64,000 nucleotides of DNA from a virus, in IMG/VR virus record IMGVR_UViG_3300009545_000023, positions 2,701-66,700 of that record. One strand, given 5' to 3'. Position numbers and translations under genes: made by a program. How positions within the stretch are numbered: the first letter of the stretch is position 1; every line of letters starts with the position of its first letter. The notes under the pieces were generated by a model. It saw nothing but the letters and a program-made list of their open reading frames with translations, had not been told where the DNA came from and did not search any database. Of the stretch, positions 45,100 through 54,132 are shown in pieces.

Positions 45100-48000
45100 C
45101 GCTTGGCATCCCGCTTTTGTCGCTTTTTGGCATTCCGAGCATCTGCATTAGAGCGGGATCTATCTTGCCTTTCGGTTGGTACTTGTCGTATTGCTGTGCT
45201 GATAATCCAAAGACCGACATACCCGTCTGTGCCGCGTTCTTAGCAAGCGTCTTCGGATCTCTGATATCCGTGTGCTTCTCCGCGTCTTTTCGGATGATAT
45301 CGGCGAGGTCCATCACGACCATTGGCGCGGCCAGTTGCAGCGTGCGCTCTGCTGTTAGCTTGGCCTTATCGCTAAAAGACACCTTGGCGGCACTGTGTGG
45401 TTCGGCAAGTTTCTTAGCAATCGGGTTATCGTACCGGTCAGGCGCGTATTGAGGCATGAAGATATCAGAGATATACCCAGCGACCGGGTTCGCACCGTTC
45501 CGCATATACTGAAGCGTGGTAGACATCGCCTTATCCGGGTTGCCGGTCACGATGTACCGAGTGATATCGTAGATGGTCTTTGCCTGCCGCACGAGACCCG
45601 CCGACATATCGACCACCACATCACCAAAGCGCATCTTTCCGTTCTCATACTTCCCGCCCATGAGTTGAGCGAGGGCCATTGTCGATAGCACAGCACCGGC
45701 ATAGGCGAGATTGCGCTGTGCGATCAGTTTACGGGCTACCGGTGTCTGCTTTGCGTAAAAGGACGGGTCGCCGAACATCTGAAGACGCGATGCGCCATAG
45801 GTCGGTGACAGCGTGATTACGCGCAGTACCTTCGTGAGTGTCTCGGCTCGTTCCTTGTTCATACCGGGAAGGCGGGAGAGGTCGCCCTTACCGCTCGCCA
45901 TATTCACGTATCGGGCGATAGCCTCCATGGTCTGCCCGCGCTCTACTGCGCCTTTCTCACCTGGCAGTGCGATATCGATCGCCTCTTTCATCTTCAGGTA
46001 GGAGTTCCACCGCAGGGCATCGAGATACGTTGTGTTCGCTGTCTCAATCGCCTTGAGTGGCCCTACCTTATCTGCGAGTTTACTGGCATAGTTTTCCGGT
46101 CGCTCCATGTACGGCACATCGGCGGCGTTGGCATCAACCTGCTTTCGTGCTTCATAGATCCGCTTTGTCAGCCCGTCCAGGCGCAGGCCGTTCTCCAATG
46201 CCTCTTTAATCGCCGGGTGCGATGCGACACTCTGATAGAACGCCTCGCTATTCGCCTCGCCATTCTTGCCAAAGGACTTGACTAGTTCCGGTGCGGCCTT
46301 GAAGGTAGTGCCATCGAATAGCCCGTAGATACCGAGCGCGGCACCCTGACGACCGACATAGCCGAGATCACCGATCACCTTCGCGGTACGGATCGAATCA
46401 GCGGTTTCAACGACGGCATCAACGACACGCTTTGCCGTAGGATCGGGTATGTGTGCTGTCTTCGCTATCGTCTCTGCTTGCTGCTGTAGTGCCCGTACAC
46501 GCCCCGGAGGTGGTTCATAGCCCATCTGGTACGGTAATGGCTCAGGCTTAGGAGGTGCCTGCGGATTGGAAGGCCTGCGGAATGGCGTTCCTTCCATGCT
46601 GTTCGCGGGTGCCGGTCGCTGTTGTTTCGGTGTCGATGGCTTGGCGGCAGGGATGGACTCGAATGGGTCTTCACCGTCTTTGAGCGGTTCGTTCTTTGGT
46701 GCGGACTGGAACAGGATATCGGAAGGCAGGTCGGGCCGCTGACTCTCACCATGTTCCCGTGCGATGAGTTCCTGAGCGCGCCGAAACTGCTTGGAGACCA
46801 CGCGAGTCTCCACGGGCACTCCGGCCCGTCGCAACTGCGTATTGATGCCGTCGCCGCGAACGATCTCGCCATGAATGTTCCGTGCGCCTTTGATGCCGTT
46901 GAGGTTCCCGATGGAATCCGGGTCGTTTGATTGTCCTGTCTTGACATTGACCTCATAAACCGGGAATTTGGTATCGTTGCCAGCATCCTTGAAGTATGCC
47001 GGGTGAGAGTTGATATACGCCTGTTTCTCTGTGAAATCTTTGCCAGGGGGAAGAGAGGCGGATCTGATCTTAGCTATACCGGTCTTCGAATTATAGGCGA
47101 GTAGCTTGGAACCGTCTACCTCCTCCGCACCGCGCACCATACGATCACGACCTAATTGAACCGCCTTTGCAATCAGCGTTTTTGTCTCATCCGTAACAGG
47201 CTTGCCCTTCGCCCTCATCTTCGCGGCGACCTCGTTCACGACATCAGGAATCGGACGCGATTCTACGGGTTCGGTTTTTGTTTCAGGCTTCGCGGCAGTA
47301 GCCGGAGAATCTGACTCTGTAGTCCTGCCTAAATACGCATTAACGGCAGATTCGTCAGAGGATAACTCTCTAGCCCTATCGCTATTTAGAAGTAATTGAC
47401 GTGACTTTTCAGATGGGCGATTTGCGAGAATATGATCAAATTCTGCGCGGCGTTCATCTGTTGTGCTTTGGTTCTTAAATTCGCGTTTACTATTAGCAGT
47501 TTTAAATACCTCACGAGCAGAACGGCCAGTATAACCATCCATAGACCATTGTGGGTTATCAGAGTTCTGTTCGGTAACTCTCAATTTACCCGTTGCAATA
47601 GCTTCAGCAATCAACCTTTCATGCTTAGATCCTTTGATAACGCCATAGTATGGGTTTGAGGTTCCTTCTCTCTCAGCATCACGCTCATACTGAGATTTTA
47701 ATTTAGGCGCAGATGGTTCTACTCGCTCAACAGTTCTTGCTTCTTGAACCGCGACGGCAGACGGTTTGGATTCAGTAGGCGCGGCAGGTTGTCGTATGGG
47801 TTCCGCTGGTCGCACACGCTCTGCCGTGGCCACAGGAACGACTTCGGACGCGACACGGGATGAAGATGCAGTCCGTCCTCCTCCCAACTGTTCCGCCCGA
47901 ACGCCGCTATCTCGTCCATCCGTCGTTCCAACTGCGGCAAGTGTTCCTTCGGGTCCAGTCCCCGTTGCTCCAGTTCGTGCCGGACCTGGTTGATTATTTC

Positions 48001-50575
48001 CGTTCGTGTCATTCTCTGATTTTACACCTTCGCCTGTTAAGTCGCTAACGTCGCCAATATTGCGCTTCAGTACATCAATAACCTCTGGCGAGAAAGCACG
48101 AATCTTCACGCCGCTTTTTCCGCCGATCTGTGTCACGCGCTGATAGACCGAGGTCATAAAGTTGCGGAAGGTCTGGAAGACACCCTTGAGTGATGCATTC
48201 GGTGCTTTCCCGTCTCGCGTCCATCGCTCGAACCCTTGCGCGAATTGCTCTCGCTGACTGTCGGTACGCTGACCGCTCTCTGGCACACCAAGCCAATCAT
48301 TGACCACTCTGTTATCTGCGGGATCGCTCAGGTTGTCGAGGAAGACGTGCCCTAGCTCGTGAATCGGCGACGAGGGGTTCGCGCCCGTGAATGTCAGTAA
48401 GACACGCCGCAGGTCAACCGGGTTGCGCGATGCCTTATCCCATATGACCGAGCCATCGGAAGCGTAACGGTTGGCGGCGTAGGTCGCGGCAGGCCGTCCG
48501 GTTACATCCATCGGCCTTTTCGCGGTTGGCTTGGTGAACTCCTTGCTGTACAGGTCGGCGAGTTGTTCGGCATGTGCGGTCGCACCGGGTAGAATCTGCT
48601 TGTACCAATCGGCAGAGGTCGTGCCTTCGGGTTGCTGATCGGCCCAACCACGCGCGATTGCCTCATAGAAATGCGCTGTCTTCGTCGCCTCGTCAGGTGT
48701 GTAACCGAGTTTCAGCGCAGGATCTTGGAACGCGGCGGCAAGGTCTTCATGGTTTCGAATCAGGCGGGTGTAGGGTGCGGCACCATCCGCAGATTCAATC
48801 TCAAACGGTAGGTTTTCATTTGGAGTCGGCGCGGGTATCGGTGCTGCCTTCGCTGCCTGCTTCGCTGCCTGCTGTGCTACCGGTGTCTCTACAGGAGTCT
48901 CTACTGGCGCAGGAGCGGCGTTCTGTGGCACGCTGACGGGTTGCGCGGCCTCTGGTGTGGCTGGTGCCTGCGCGGGTGCGTTCTTTGCCGCTTCGATCTC
49001 CTCAAAGGTCGGCAGGTTGCGGTAAATGGCGAGAGGATCGGCGGGGGGTGAGGATGGTTCTGTAGCAGGTGCCCTACCTTTTACGGGTGGACGTACCGGA
49101 GGCATAGCGCTATCTGCCGGTGTTGCGTTCCCGCCGAACAGTGCCGGTTTACCTGCCCGCGCTGCTGCGATACGACCGACGAGGTTATCGTTCACGAGCG
49201 GCGACGATGCCTGTCTACCTTGCGTGATGCGGTTCAATATATCGGTGACACGCGGCGTAACCTCACCTGCCTTTTTCGCCGCTGATCGGCTCAGGTAGTC
49301 ACCCGTTTCTGCCGCCGATTCGTGCAGTTGCTCGCCAAACTCTCCGAGCGAACCCGGCGCGAGAAGTCCAATCAGTGACGGGATTGCCGACTCTCCGAGG
49401 TTCTGCCCCTGACCGGAAAGGGCACGCATAGCCACATCACCGCCATACCCGATGCCTGCGCCCATCAATCGCTCTGGCAGTGCCGCGCTCATCGGATTGC
49501 CGCTGAGGATCTGTGAACCATTCTCCCATAGTGCCATGCCGAGCGGGTCTTGCTGCTTCATCTCCGCTTCTTTAGCGAGGAACTGACGGATCTTGCCGGA
49601 CTTGTCAGAGTCGAGCATCGCCGCACCGAGTCCCTGCGTCGTGCCTTCGGTCGCCTTGCTACCCGCGTAGACACTCCCCAGGATCTTTGCGAGGTTCACG
49701 CTGTTCCCTGCCGCCTTGAGTAGCCAGGGCGCAATAGCCGGTGCGCCTTCGCTCGCCGCCCAATTACCTAGTGCTTCGAGCGCAGGAGCAGTCAGCCCTT
49801 CGACCGCGCCGCCTGCGATCGCGCCCGCGCCGAGACCGGTCACGGTACCGAGCGTGTTACCTGCCATGGATAGCATCGCGGTATTGGCACGGTCTTTCTG
49901 CGGTAGAGAGGGAGACAGAACACCGCTAAAGGCAGGATTATCGCCATGGTAGCCCGTGAGCGGCGTTGCACGCACCCGTGAGCGATTCGCGCCCGGTGCC
50001 TTCGTTTCCCGTGCGATGAAAGACGGTGTATTTTCGACGTTGCCGCTTCCCATAGGGCCGGCGTCCGGCGTGATGCCGGGAATCACCGCTCCCGCATTGC
50101 GCAGTTGGTCGAGAGCGCCACCGGGCACCAATGCACCGGCTTTCAGTAGAGCGGCGCGGGCACTTGTCGGCGTTGGAGCGGAGGGCGTCGGGTCAAACCA
50201 GGGACGCGCAGTATCGGAGGAGTACGCAGGCGCAACGGGTTGACCGCGCTTCATTCCCGTGACAGTGCCCGGAGGAACGGCAAGTTGGTTCGAGGGTACG
50301 GCGGGGGTCGGCGGTGTTGATAGTTTCGTCGCCTTGCCGAGCCAGAACGGATCAATGGGAGGAGTTGCCGAGGATTGGGCAGGCGTGCCATTACCGGCGC
50401 TCTGCTGGCCGTAGGAGGAGCCACCCGAAGCATCACGAAGCGCGCCGCGTTTTATTAGCTCCTGAATTGCAGCGGCGCGAACCGGGTCATTCTTGAAAAC
50501 GCCGCGCCGCCGCAGTTCTTCATAGGCTTGTTGCCTTATAGGGTCAACTTCGGGATAAGTTGCGGTATCTGGCAT
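45074..50575 (-). CDS. Giant internal virion/ejection (polyvalent) protein with zincin-like HEXXH motif
   Basis: 1833 aa; SSPIHELGH...EQFAQGFE; last gene before lysis, as in podoviruses. Confidence 0.7.
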   Translation of the reverse strand: MPDTATYPEVDPIRQQAYEELRRRGVFKNDPVRAAAIQELIKRGALRDASGGSSYGQQSAGNGTPAQSSATPPIDPFWLGKATKLSTPPTPAVPSNQLAVPPGTVTGMKRGQPVAPAYSSDTARPWFDPTPSAPTPTSARAALLKAGALVPGGALDQLRNAGAVIPGITPDAGPMGSGNVENTPSFIARETKAPGANRSRVRATPLTGYHGDNPAFSGVLSPSLPQKDRANTAMLSMAGNTLGTVTGLGAGAIAGGAVEGLTAPALEALGNWAASEGAPAIAPWLLKAAGNSVNLAKILGSVYAGSKATEGTTQGLGAAMLDSDKSGKIRQFLAKEAEMKQQDPLGMALWENGSQILSGNPMSAALPERLMGAGIGYGGDVAMRALSGQGQNLGESAIPSLIGLLAPGSLGEFGEQLHESAAETGDYLSRSAAKKAGEVTPRVTDILNRITQGRQASSPLVNDNLVGRIAAARAGKPALFGGNATPADSAMPPVRPPVKGRAPATEPSSPPADPLAIYRNLPTFEEIEAAKNAPAQAPATPEAAQPVSVPQNAAPAPVETPVETPVAQQAAKQAAKAAPIPAPTPNENLPFEIESADGAAPYTRLIRNHEDLAAAFQDPALKLGYTPDEATKTAHFYEAIARGWADQQPEGTTSADWYKQILPGATAHAEQLADLYSKEFTKPTAKRPMDVTGRPAATYAANRYASDGSVIWDKASRNPVDLRRVLLTFTGANPSSPIHELGHVFLDNLSDPADNRVVNDWLGVPESGQRTDSQREQFAQGFERWTRDGKAPNASLKGVFQTFRNFMTSVYQRVTQIGGKSGVKIRAFSPEVIDVLKRNIGDVSDLTGEGVKSENDTNGNNQPGPARTGATGTGPEGTLAAVGTTDGRDSGVRAEQLGGGRTASSSRVASEVVPVATAERVRPAEPIRQPAAPTESKPSAVAVQEARTVERVEPSAPKLKSQYERDAEREGTSNPYYGVIKGSKHERLIAEAIATGKLRVTEQNSDNPQWSMDGYTGRSAREVFKTANSKREFKNQSTTDERRAEFDHILANRPSEKSRQLLLNSDRARELSSDESAVNAYLGRTTESDSPATAAKPETKTEPVESRPIPDVVNEVAAKMRAKGKPVTDETKTLIAKAVQLGRDRMVRGAEEVDGSKLLAYNSKTGIAKIRSASLPPGKDFTEKQAYINSHPAYFKDAGNDTKFPVYEVNVKTGQSNDPDSIGNLNGIKGARNIHGEIVRGDGINTQLRRAGVPVETRVVSKQFRRAQELIAREHGESQRPDLPSDILFQSAPKNEPLKDGEDPFESIPAAKPSTPKQQRPAPANSMEGTPFRRPSNPQAPPKPEPLPYQMGYEPPPGRVRALQQQAETIAKTAHIPDPTAKRVVDAVVETADSIRTAKVIGDLGYVGRQGAALGIYGLFDGTTFKAAPELVKSFGKNGEANSEAFYQSVASHPAIKEALENGLRLDGLTKRIYEARKQVDANAADVPYMERPENYASKLADKVGPLKAIETANTTYLDALRWNSYLKMKEAIDIALPGEKGAVERGQTMEAIARYVNMASGKGDLSRLPGMNKERAETLTKVLRVITLSPTYGASRLQMFGDPSFYAKQTPVARKLIAQRNLAYAGAVLSTMALAQLMGGKYENGKMRFGDVVVDMSAGLVRQAKTIYDITRYIVTGNPDKAMSTTLQYMRNGANPVAGYISDIFMPQYAPDRYDNPIAKKLAEPHSAAKVSFSDKAKLTAERTLQLAAPMVVMDLADIIRKDAEKHTDIRDPKTLAKNAAQTGMSVFGLSAQQYDKYQPKGKIDPALMQMLGMPKSDKSGMPSVKTMTGMK

Positions 50576-50576
50576 C

Positions 50577-52298
50577 TTATTTACCCTGTCCCTTCATCGC
50601 AAGAGCCATCAGTTCATCGTTGGTCATCTGCTTCAATGACTTACCGTTGTGAGTCACAGGAGGTAGCGTCACCTTTGGCTTTGGCCCGCCATTACCGCCC
50701 ATGACGGTCACACGAGGCACCGGAGGCGCACCCTTGCTGATGCCCGGTGTCCCATAGTCAGCCATCGGTGGTGCCTGTGCGGGTGCCTGTCCATTGGGTA
50801 GCCTGCCCTGTTGTACTGATTTGAGATAGCCGGAGTAGGTGCCGAGTCGCGCCTTTGTCTCGTCGCGCATTGCGGCAAGGTCTGCCGCTTGCTGTTGTAA
50901 CTGCTGCTGTGTCACGCCAAGTTGGTCGAGTGCCTGCGGTGTCAGGTCGTTGCCGTTCTGATCCTTCTTGCCCTGGATCATTGCGGTCACGTGCCCTAAC
51001 TGTCCGCTCACCTTCGCAAGTCGAGTGCTGTACCCGTTCGGGCCGTTCAGATCCTGATAGATGGAGCGCACCGTTCCGCCGAAGGTGCGCAGGTCGTTCG
51101 CGTTCCGGTTCTGCTGCAAGGCGTCGAACTGCTGCTGTGCCAGTCCGAGCCGATTCACCGCTAGGCCATAGTTGCGATCACCCTGCGCAAGACGATATGC
51201 GGCCTGTCCGATGCGCTCCTGCCCTTGCGCGAGCATCCCCGCATGGTAGCCCGCTGTATCCTTGGCGCGAAAGATGTTCGTACCGGCGTTGGTCGCCATC
51301 GAAGCGGCGTTGCTTTCCTTCACGGCGATCTCACGCGGAAGGAGTTGCGTCCGTCCTGCCGCCAGTCCCGCCGCCTGAAGTCGGTACTGATCAATTGCCT
51401 GCGGTGTGAGTCCGGGCATGAACTGCTTTACCGGGTTGCCGTTCGCATCCTTGCCCATGCCGAGGAATGTACCCGGAGCCGGGATATACCGGTCGGAGCC
51501 GTTCGCCTTCGCCTCGTCGTTGAGTGCGGCAATCATCTGTTTCTGCACGGCTAAGGGCTGTTGCGCGATGTTGCCGAGACGCTTCATGTAGTCCCGCTCA
51601 AAGGCGGTCAACTTACCTTGCTTTGTCTTCTCCGCGAGCGCATCGGCCTTCTCCTGCGCTGTCTGTTGTCGCCCGTAATCCTGTTGCGCATCGTCATAGG
51701 CTCTCTGTGCGTCCGCAGTCTGCCGAGCGACGTTCTGATTGGCCGAGTTGATCGCGCCTGCCTGAGCGTTGTACTGCCCCTGTGCCTGTTGCTCCTTGTT
51801 CTGGAACGCCTGATCCTGTGCCGAGGTCGCGCCACCCATGTAGCCCTGCAAGGTCTGCGGTAGGTATTTCCCGCCGCCGAAGAGAAGCGAGCCGAGGCCC
51901 GCGAGACCGACGCCGAGAAGGTTCTGTTTCGCCTCGCCCTGAAGGTCACGAGTCGGTGCCTGATACGTCGGCAGATCCTGATACTTCCCGATGCCGCTGA
52001 AGTAATCATCCCGGTTCGGTGCGCCGCCCGAGAGACGCGTATCAATCACAGGCCCGATCTGCCCTCCCGCCCCCATTGGGCCTGGTGCGCCCTGTATCTG
52101 CAATGACGGGTCAATGATGGGAGGTGAAGGCGGCATAGGTGCCTGTCCTCCCTGCCCCTGCGTCGGTGCGATTGGCGGCGTCATGCCCGGTCGATTGTTC
52201 CCCGTCGCGGGTGTGACTGCTCCCGTCTTCGGGTCAAAGGCACCGCTGCCCATGAGAAGTTGCAGAAGGGCGTTTGCCGGATAGGTATTGTAGGACAT
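50577..52298 (-). CDS. Internal virion/ejection protein
   Basis: 573 aa Q/A/G-rich, helical, with a hydrophobic GLAGLGSLLFGG segment. Confidence 0.6.
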   Translation of the reverse strand: MSYNTYPANALLQLLMGSGAFDPKTGAVTPATGNNRPGMTPPIAPTQGQGGQAPMPPSPPIIDPSLQIQGAPGPMGAGGQIGPVIDTRLSGGAPNRDDYFSGIGKYQDLPTYQAPTRDLQGEAKQNLLGVGLAGLGSLLFGGGKYLPQTLQGYMGGATSAQDQAFQNKEQQAQGQYNAQAGAINSANQNVARQTADAQRAYDDAQQDYGRQQTAQEKADALAEKTKQGKLTAFERDYMKRLGNIAQQPLAVQKQMIAALNDEAKANGSDRYIPAPGTFLGMGKDANGNPVKQFMPGLTPQAIDQYRLQAAGLAAGRTQLLPREIAVKESNAASMATNAGTNIFRAKDTAGYHAGMLAQGQERIGQAAYRLAQGDRNYGLAVNRLGLAQQQFDALQQNRNANDLRTFGGTVRSIYQDLNGPNGYSTRLAKVSGQLGHVTAMIQGKKDQNGNDLTPQALDQLGVTQQQLQQQAADLAAMRDETKARLGTYSGYLKSVQQGRLPNGQAPAQAPPMADYGTPGISKGAPPVPRVTVMGGNGGPKPKVTLPPVTHNGKSLKQMTNDELMALAMKGQGK

Positions 52299-52313
52299 AG
52301 GGAAGCCTTAGTG

Positions 52314-52592
52314 TCATTCCTTCGGTGAAATAGTTACCGTGTGGGTGACGTGTATTAGAATCGGCCCATCAGATGGCTTCTTGAGTTCGCTGTCCTCAGC
52401 ACACTCAGTAAATGCCTTGCTCATAGCCGCGAGGATATTATTTAAGTAACCGGATTCAGCAGGGAAATCAAAGGTGACCCGTGCGGTCCCATCTTTGAGT
52501 AGAGGTTGGAATCGGCATTTTACACGCTGTGTCGAAACTGGAATACGAAGTATCATATACGCTCCTTTGAATGATTCAATGGTAGCGTACAA
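52314..52592 (-). CDS. AT-rich hypothetical protein (moron-like)
   Basis: 92 aa; inverted repeat upstream. Confidence 0.45.
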   Translation of the reverse strand: MYATIESFKGAYMILRIPVSTQRVKCRFQPLLKDGTARVTFDFPAESGYLNNILAAMSKAFTECAEDSELKKPSDGPILIHVTHTVTISPKE

Positions 52593-52651
52593 GTGTAACT
52601 AACACATCCGTCAAGTCAGTTACACTAAATATATTTTATTTTTTAATAAGA

Positions 52652-53491
52652 CTAGAACCGATACTGCGGCAACTTAGGCACACCGGGCATTGTTGCTGGA
52701 GTCACGGGCAAGCCCGTCCCGTAGGAAGGGTTCATACCCGTCTGCATTGAGTTCTCCATGCCGATCTTTGCGCCGATGCCGGGTACTGTCGATCGGTTCG
52801 GTGTCATCGCACCCGCGAGCAGGCCGCCGAGTTGCCCGTAAATGCTCGCGTTCTGCCCCTGCTGCTGGTTCCATTGGTTCTGCTGGTTGTAATCCTGTTG
52901 CGCGAGTTGCCCGTACTGACTGCCTGCGCTCCCGTACCCACCCATCGCCTGACCGAGATAGCTCTCTGCCGCACCTCGGTACCCGTTCGCCGTCCCTGAA
53001 AGCAGGTTCGCGAGTTGCTGCGACCGGTCGTACTGATTCTGCACCGACTGACCGTACAGGTTCTGCCGTGCGCCCGCAATCGCGTTATTTCGGTTATTGG
53101 CGATCGCTGTCAGTCCTCCCGTGAGCGCTGAGGAGTCGCTGATACCGCGCTGGGCAAGTTGTGCCGCGAGGTTGGATTGTGCCGCCTGCGCATCACCGTT
53201 CACACCCGCTGTCATCGCGCCGAGTTGGTTGGTGCTGTACTGATCGGTATACGGGTTTTGCCTCAGCAGGTCCGCATAGTCACCGATGGCACGCTGCGAC
53301 TGCTGGTTGTACTTGTTGTAGTCGCCTTGCGCCTGATTGCCGTAGCCCTGAAGCGTATTGGCGAGGTTGCCCTGCTGCTGTGCGAGTGCTGCTTGCTGCT
53401 GCTCATAGGCTGATGGCTTGCGCTTCCCACCGAGGAGAGAGCCGAGCGCAGACGCCGCAAACGGGATAAGGGAAGTTGCTCCAAAACTCAT
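52652..53491 (-). CDS. Internal virion/DNA-transfer protein
   Basis: AASALGSLLGG N-terminus, Q/N/G-rich, LAQRGISDS motif. Confidence 0.65.
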   Translation of the reverse strand: MSFGATSLIPFAASALGSLLGGKRKPSAYEQQQAALAQQQGNLANTLQGYGNQAQGDYNKYNQQSQRAIGDYADLLRQNPYTDQYSTNQLGAMTAGVNGDAQAAQSNLAAQLAQRGISDSSALTGGLTAIANNRNNAIAGARQNLYGQSVQNQYDRSQQLANLLSGTANGYRGAAESYLGQAMGGYGSAGSQYGQLAQQDYNQQNQWNQQQGQNASIYGQLGGLLAGAMTPNRSTVPGIGAKIGMENSMQTGMNPSYGTGLPVTPATMPGVPKLPQYRF

Positions 53492-53512
53492 AGTGTGCCT
53501 GCTTATTTCTGA

Positions 53513-54001
53513 TTAGGTCGGGTCGGTGAATGCGGTAATGATGCCATTGACGACGGTGATATCGCCGTTCGTACCAAGTGCTGTGAGTTTGGCAAGGTGG
53601 ATGGTGCCTGATGCGCCTAATGCCCCAAGCGTCGGGTTTGGATAGGTGCCGGTGAGATCTCCCCCCGCTGGCCCGGTTGGTGTTCGTGCGTCGGTGTTGC
53701 GCGGGTCGGTGTCGGAGACGGCTATAGGCGTCGCTGCATCGGCTGCCGCTGTCGAGAGTTCGACGATCCCAAGCGTCGATATAGTTGCAATCGGCGTAGA
53801 GGGTGCCGGAGTTCCATCGCTTGGTACAGCGACCACTGTATTTGTGGTCGTCGCCCTGGTCGTCGGCGTCTTGCCAACGGTCGCGATCTGCTTCCCTGCC
53901 GTTTGTGTCCCGCGCTCAAGGGCAGTAATACGTCTATCTAGCCCCTCATGGTCGGAGTCATACGCCCCCTGTACAGGGCGGTCTACATTGAAATTAGACA
54001 T
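53513..54001 (-). CDS. Small virion/fibre-like protein
   Basis: GIVELS, GPAGGDLTGTYPNPTL, ITVVNGIIT fibre motifs. Confidence 0.6.
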   Translation of the reverse strand: MSNFNVDRPVQGAYDSDHEGLDRRITALERGTQTAGKQIATVGKTPTTRATTTNTVVAVPSDGTPAPSTPIATISTLGIVELSTAAADAATPIAVSDTDPRNTDARTPTGPAGGDLTGTYPNPTLGALGASGTIHLAKLTALGTNGDITVVNGIITAFTDPT

Positions 54002-54007
54002 GGTAGG

Positions 54008-54130
54008 CTACCGATCGCAACCACACTTAGAGCATTTCCAGTCGGCGAATCCTTCCGGTATCCAGTCGTGAATGCAATCGTTCCAGACTCCGTAAAACAT
54101 GAAATTTATGATTTTTACAAGTAGTTTCAT
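54008..54130 (-). CDS. 40-aa Zn-ribbon micro-protein
   Basis: MKLLVKIINFMFYGVWNDCIHDW...WKCSKCG; fills the gap between virion genes. Confidence 0.5.
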   Translation of the reverse strand: MKLLVKIINFMFYGVWNDCIHDWIPEGFADWKCSKCGCDR

Positions 54131-54132
54131 AG

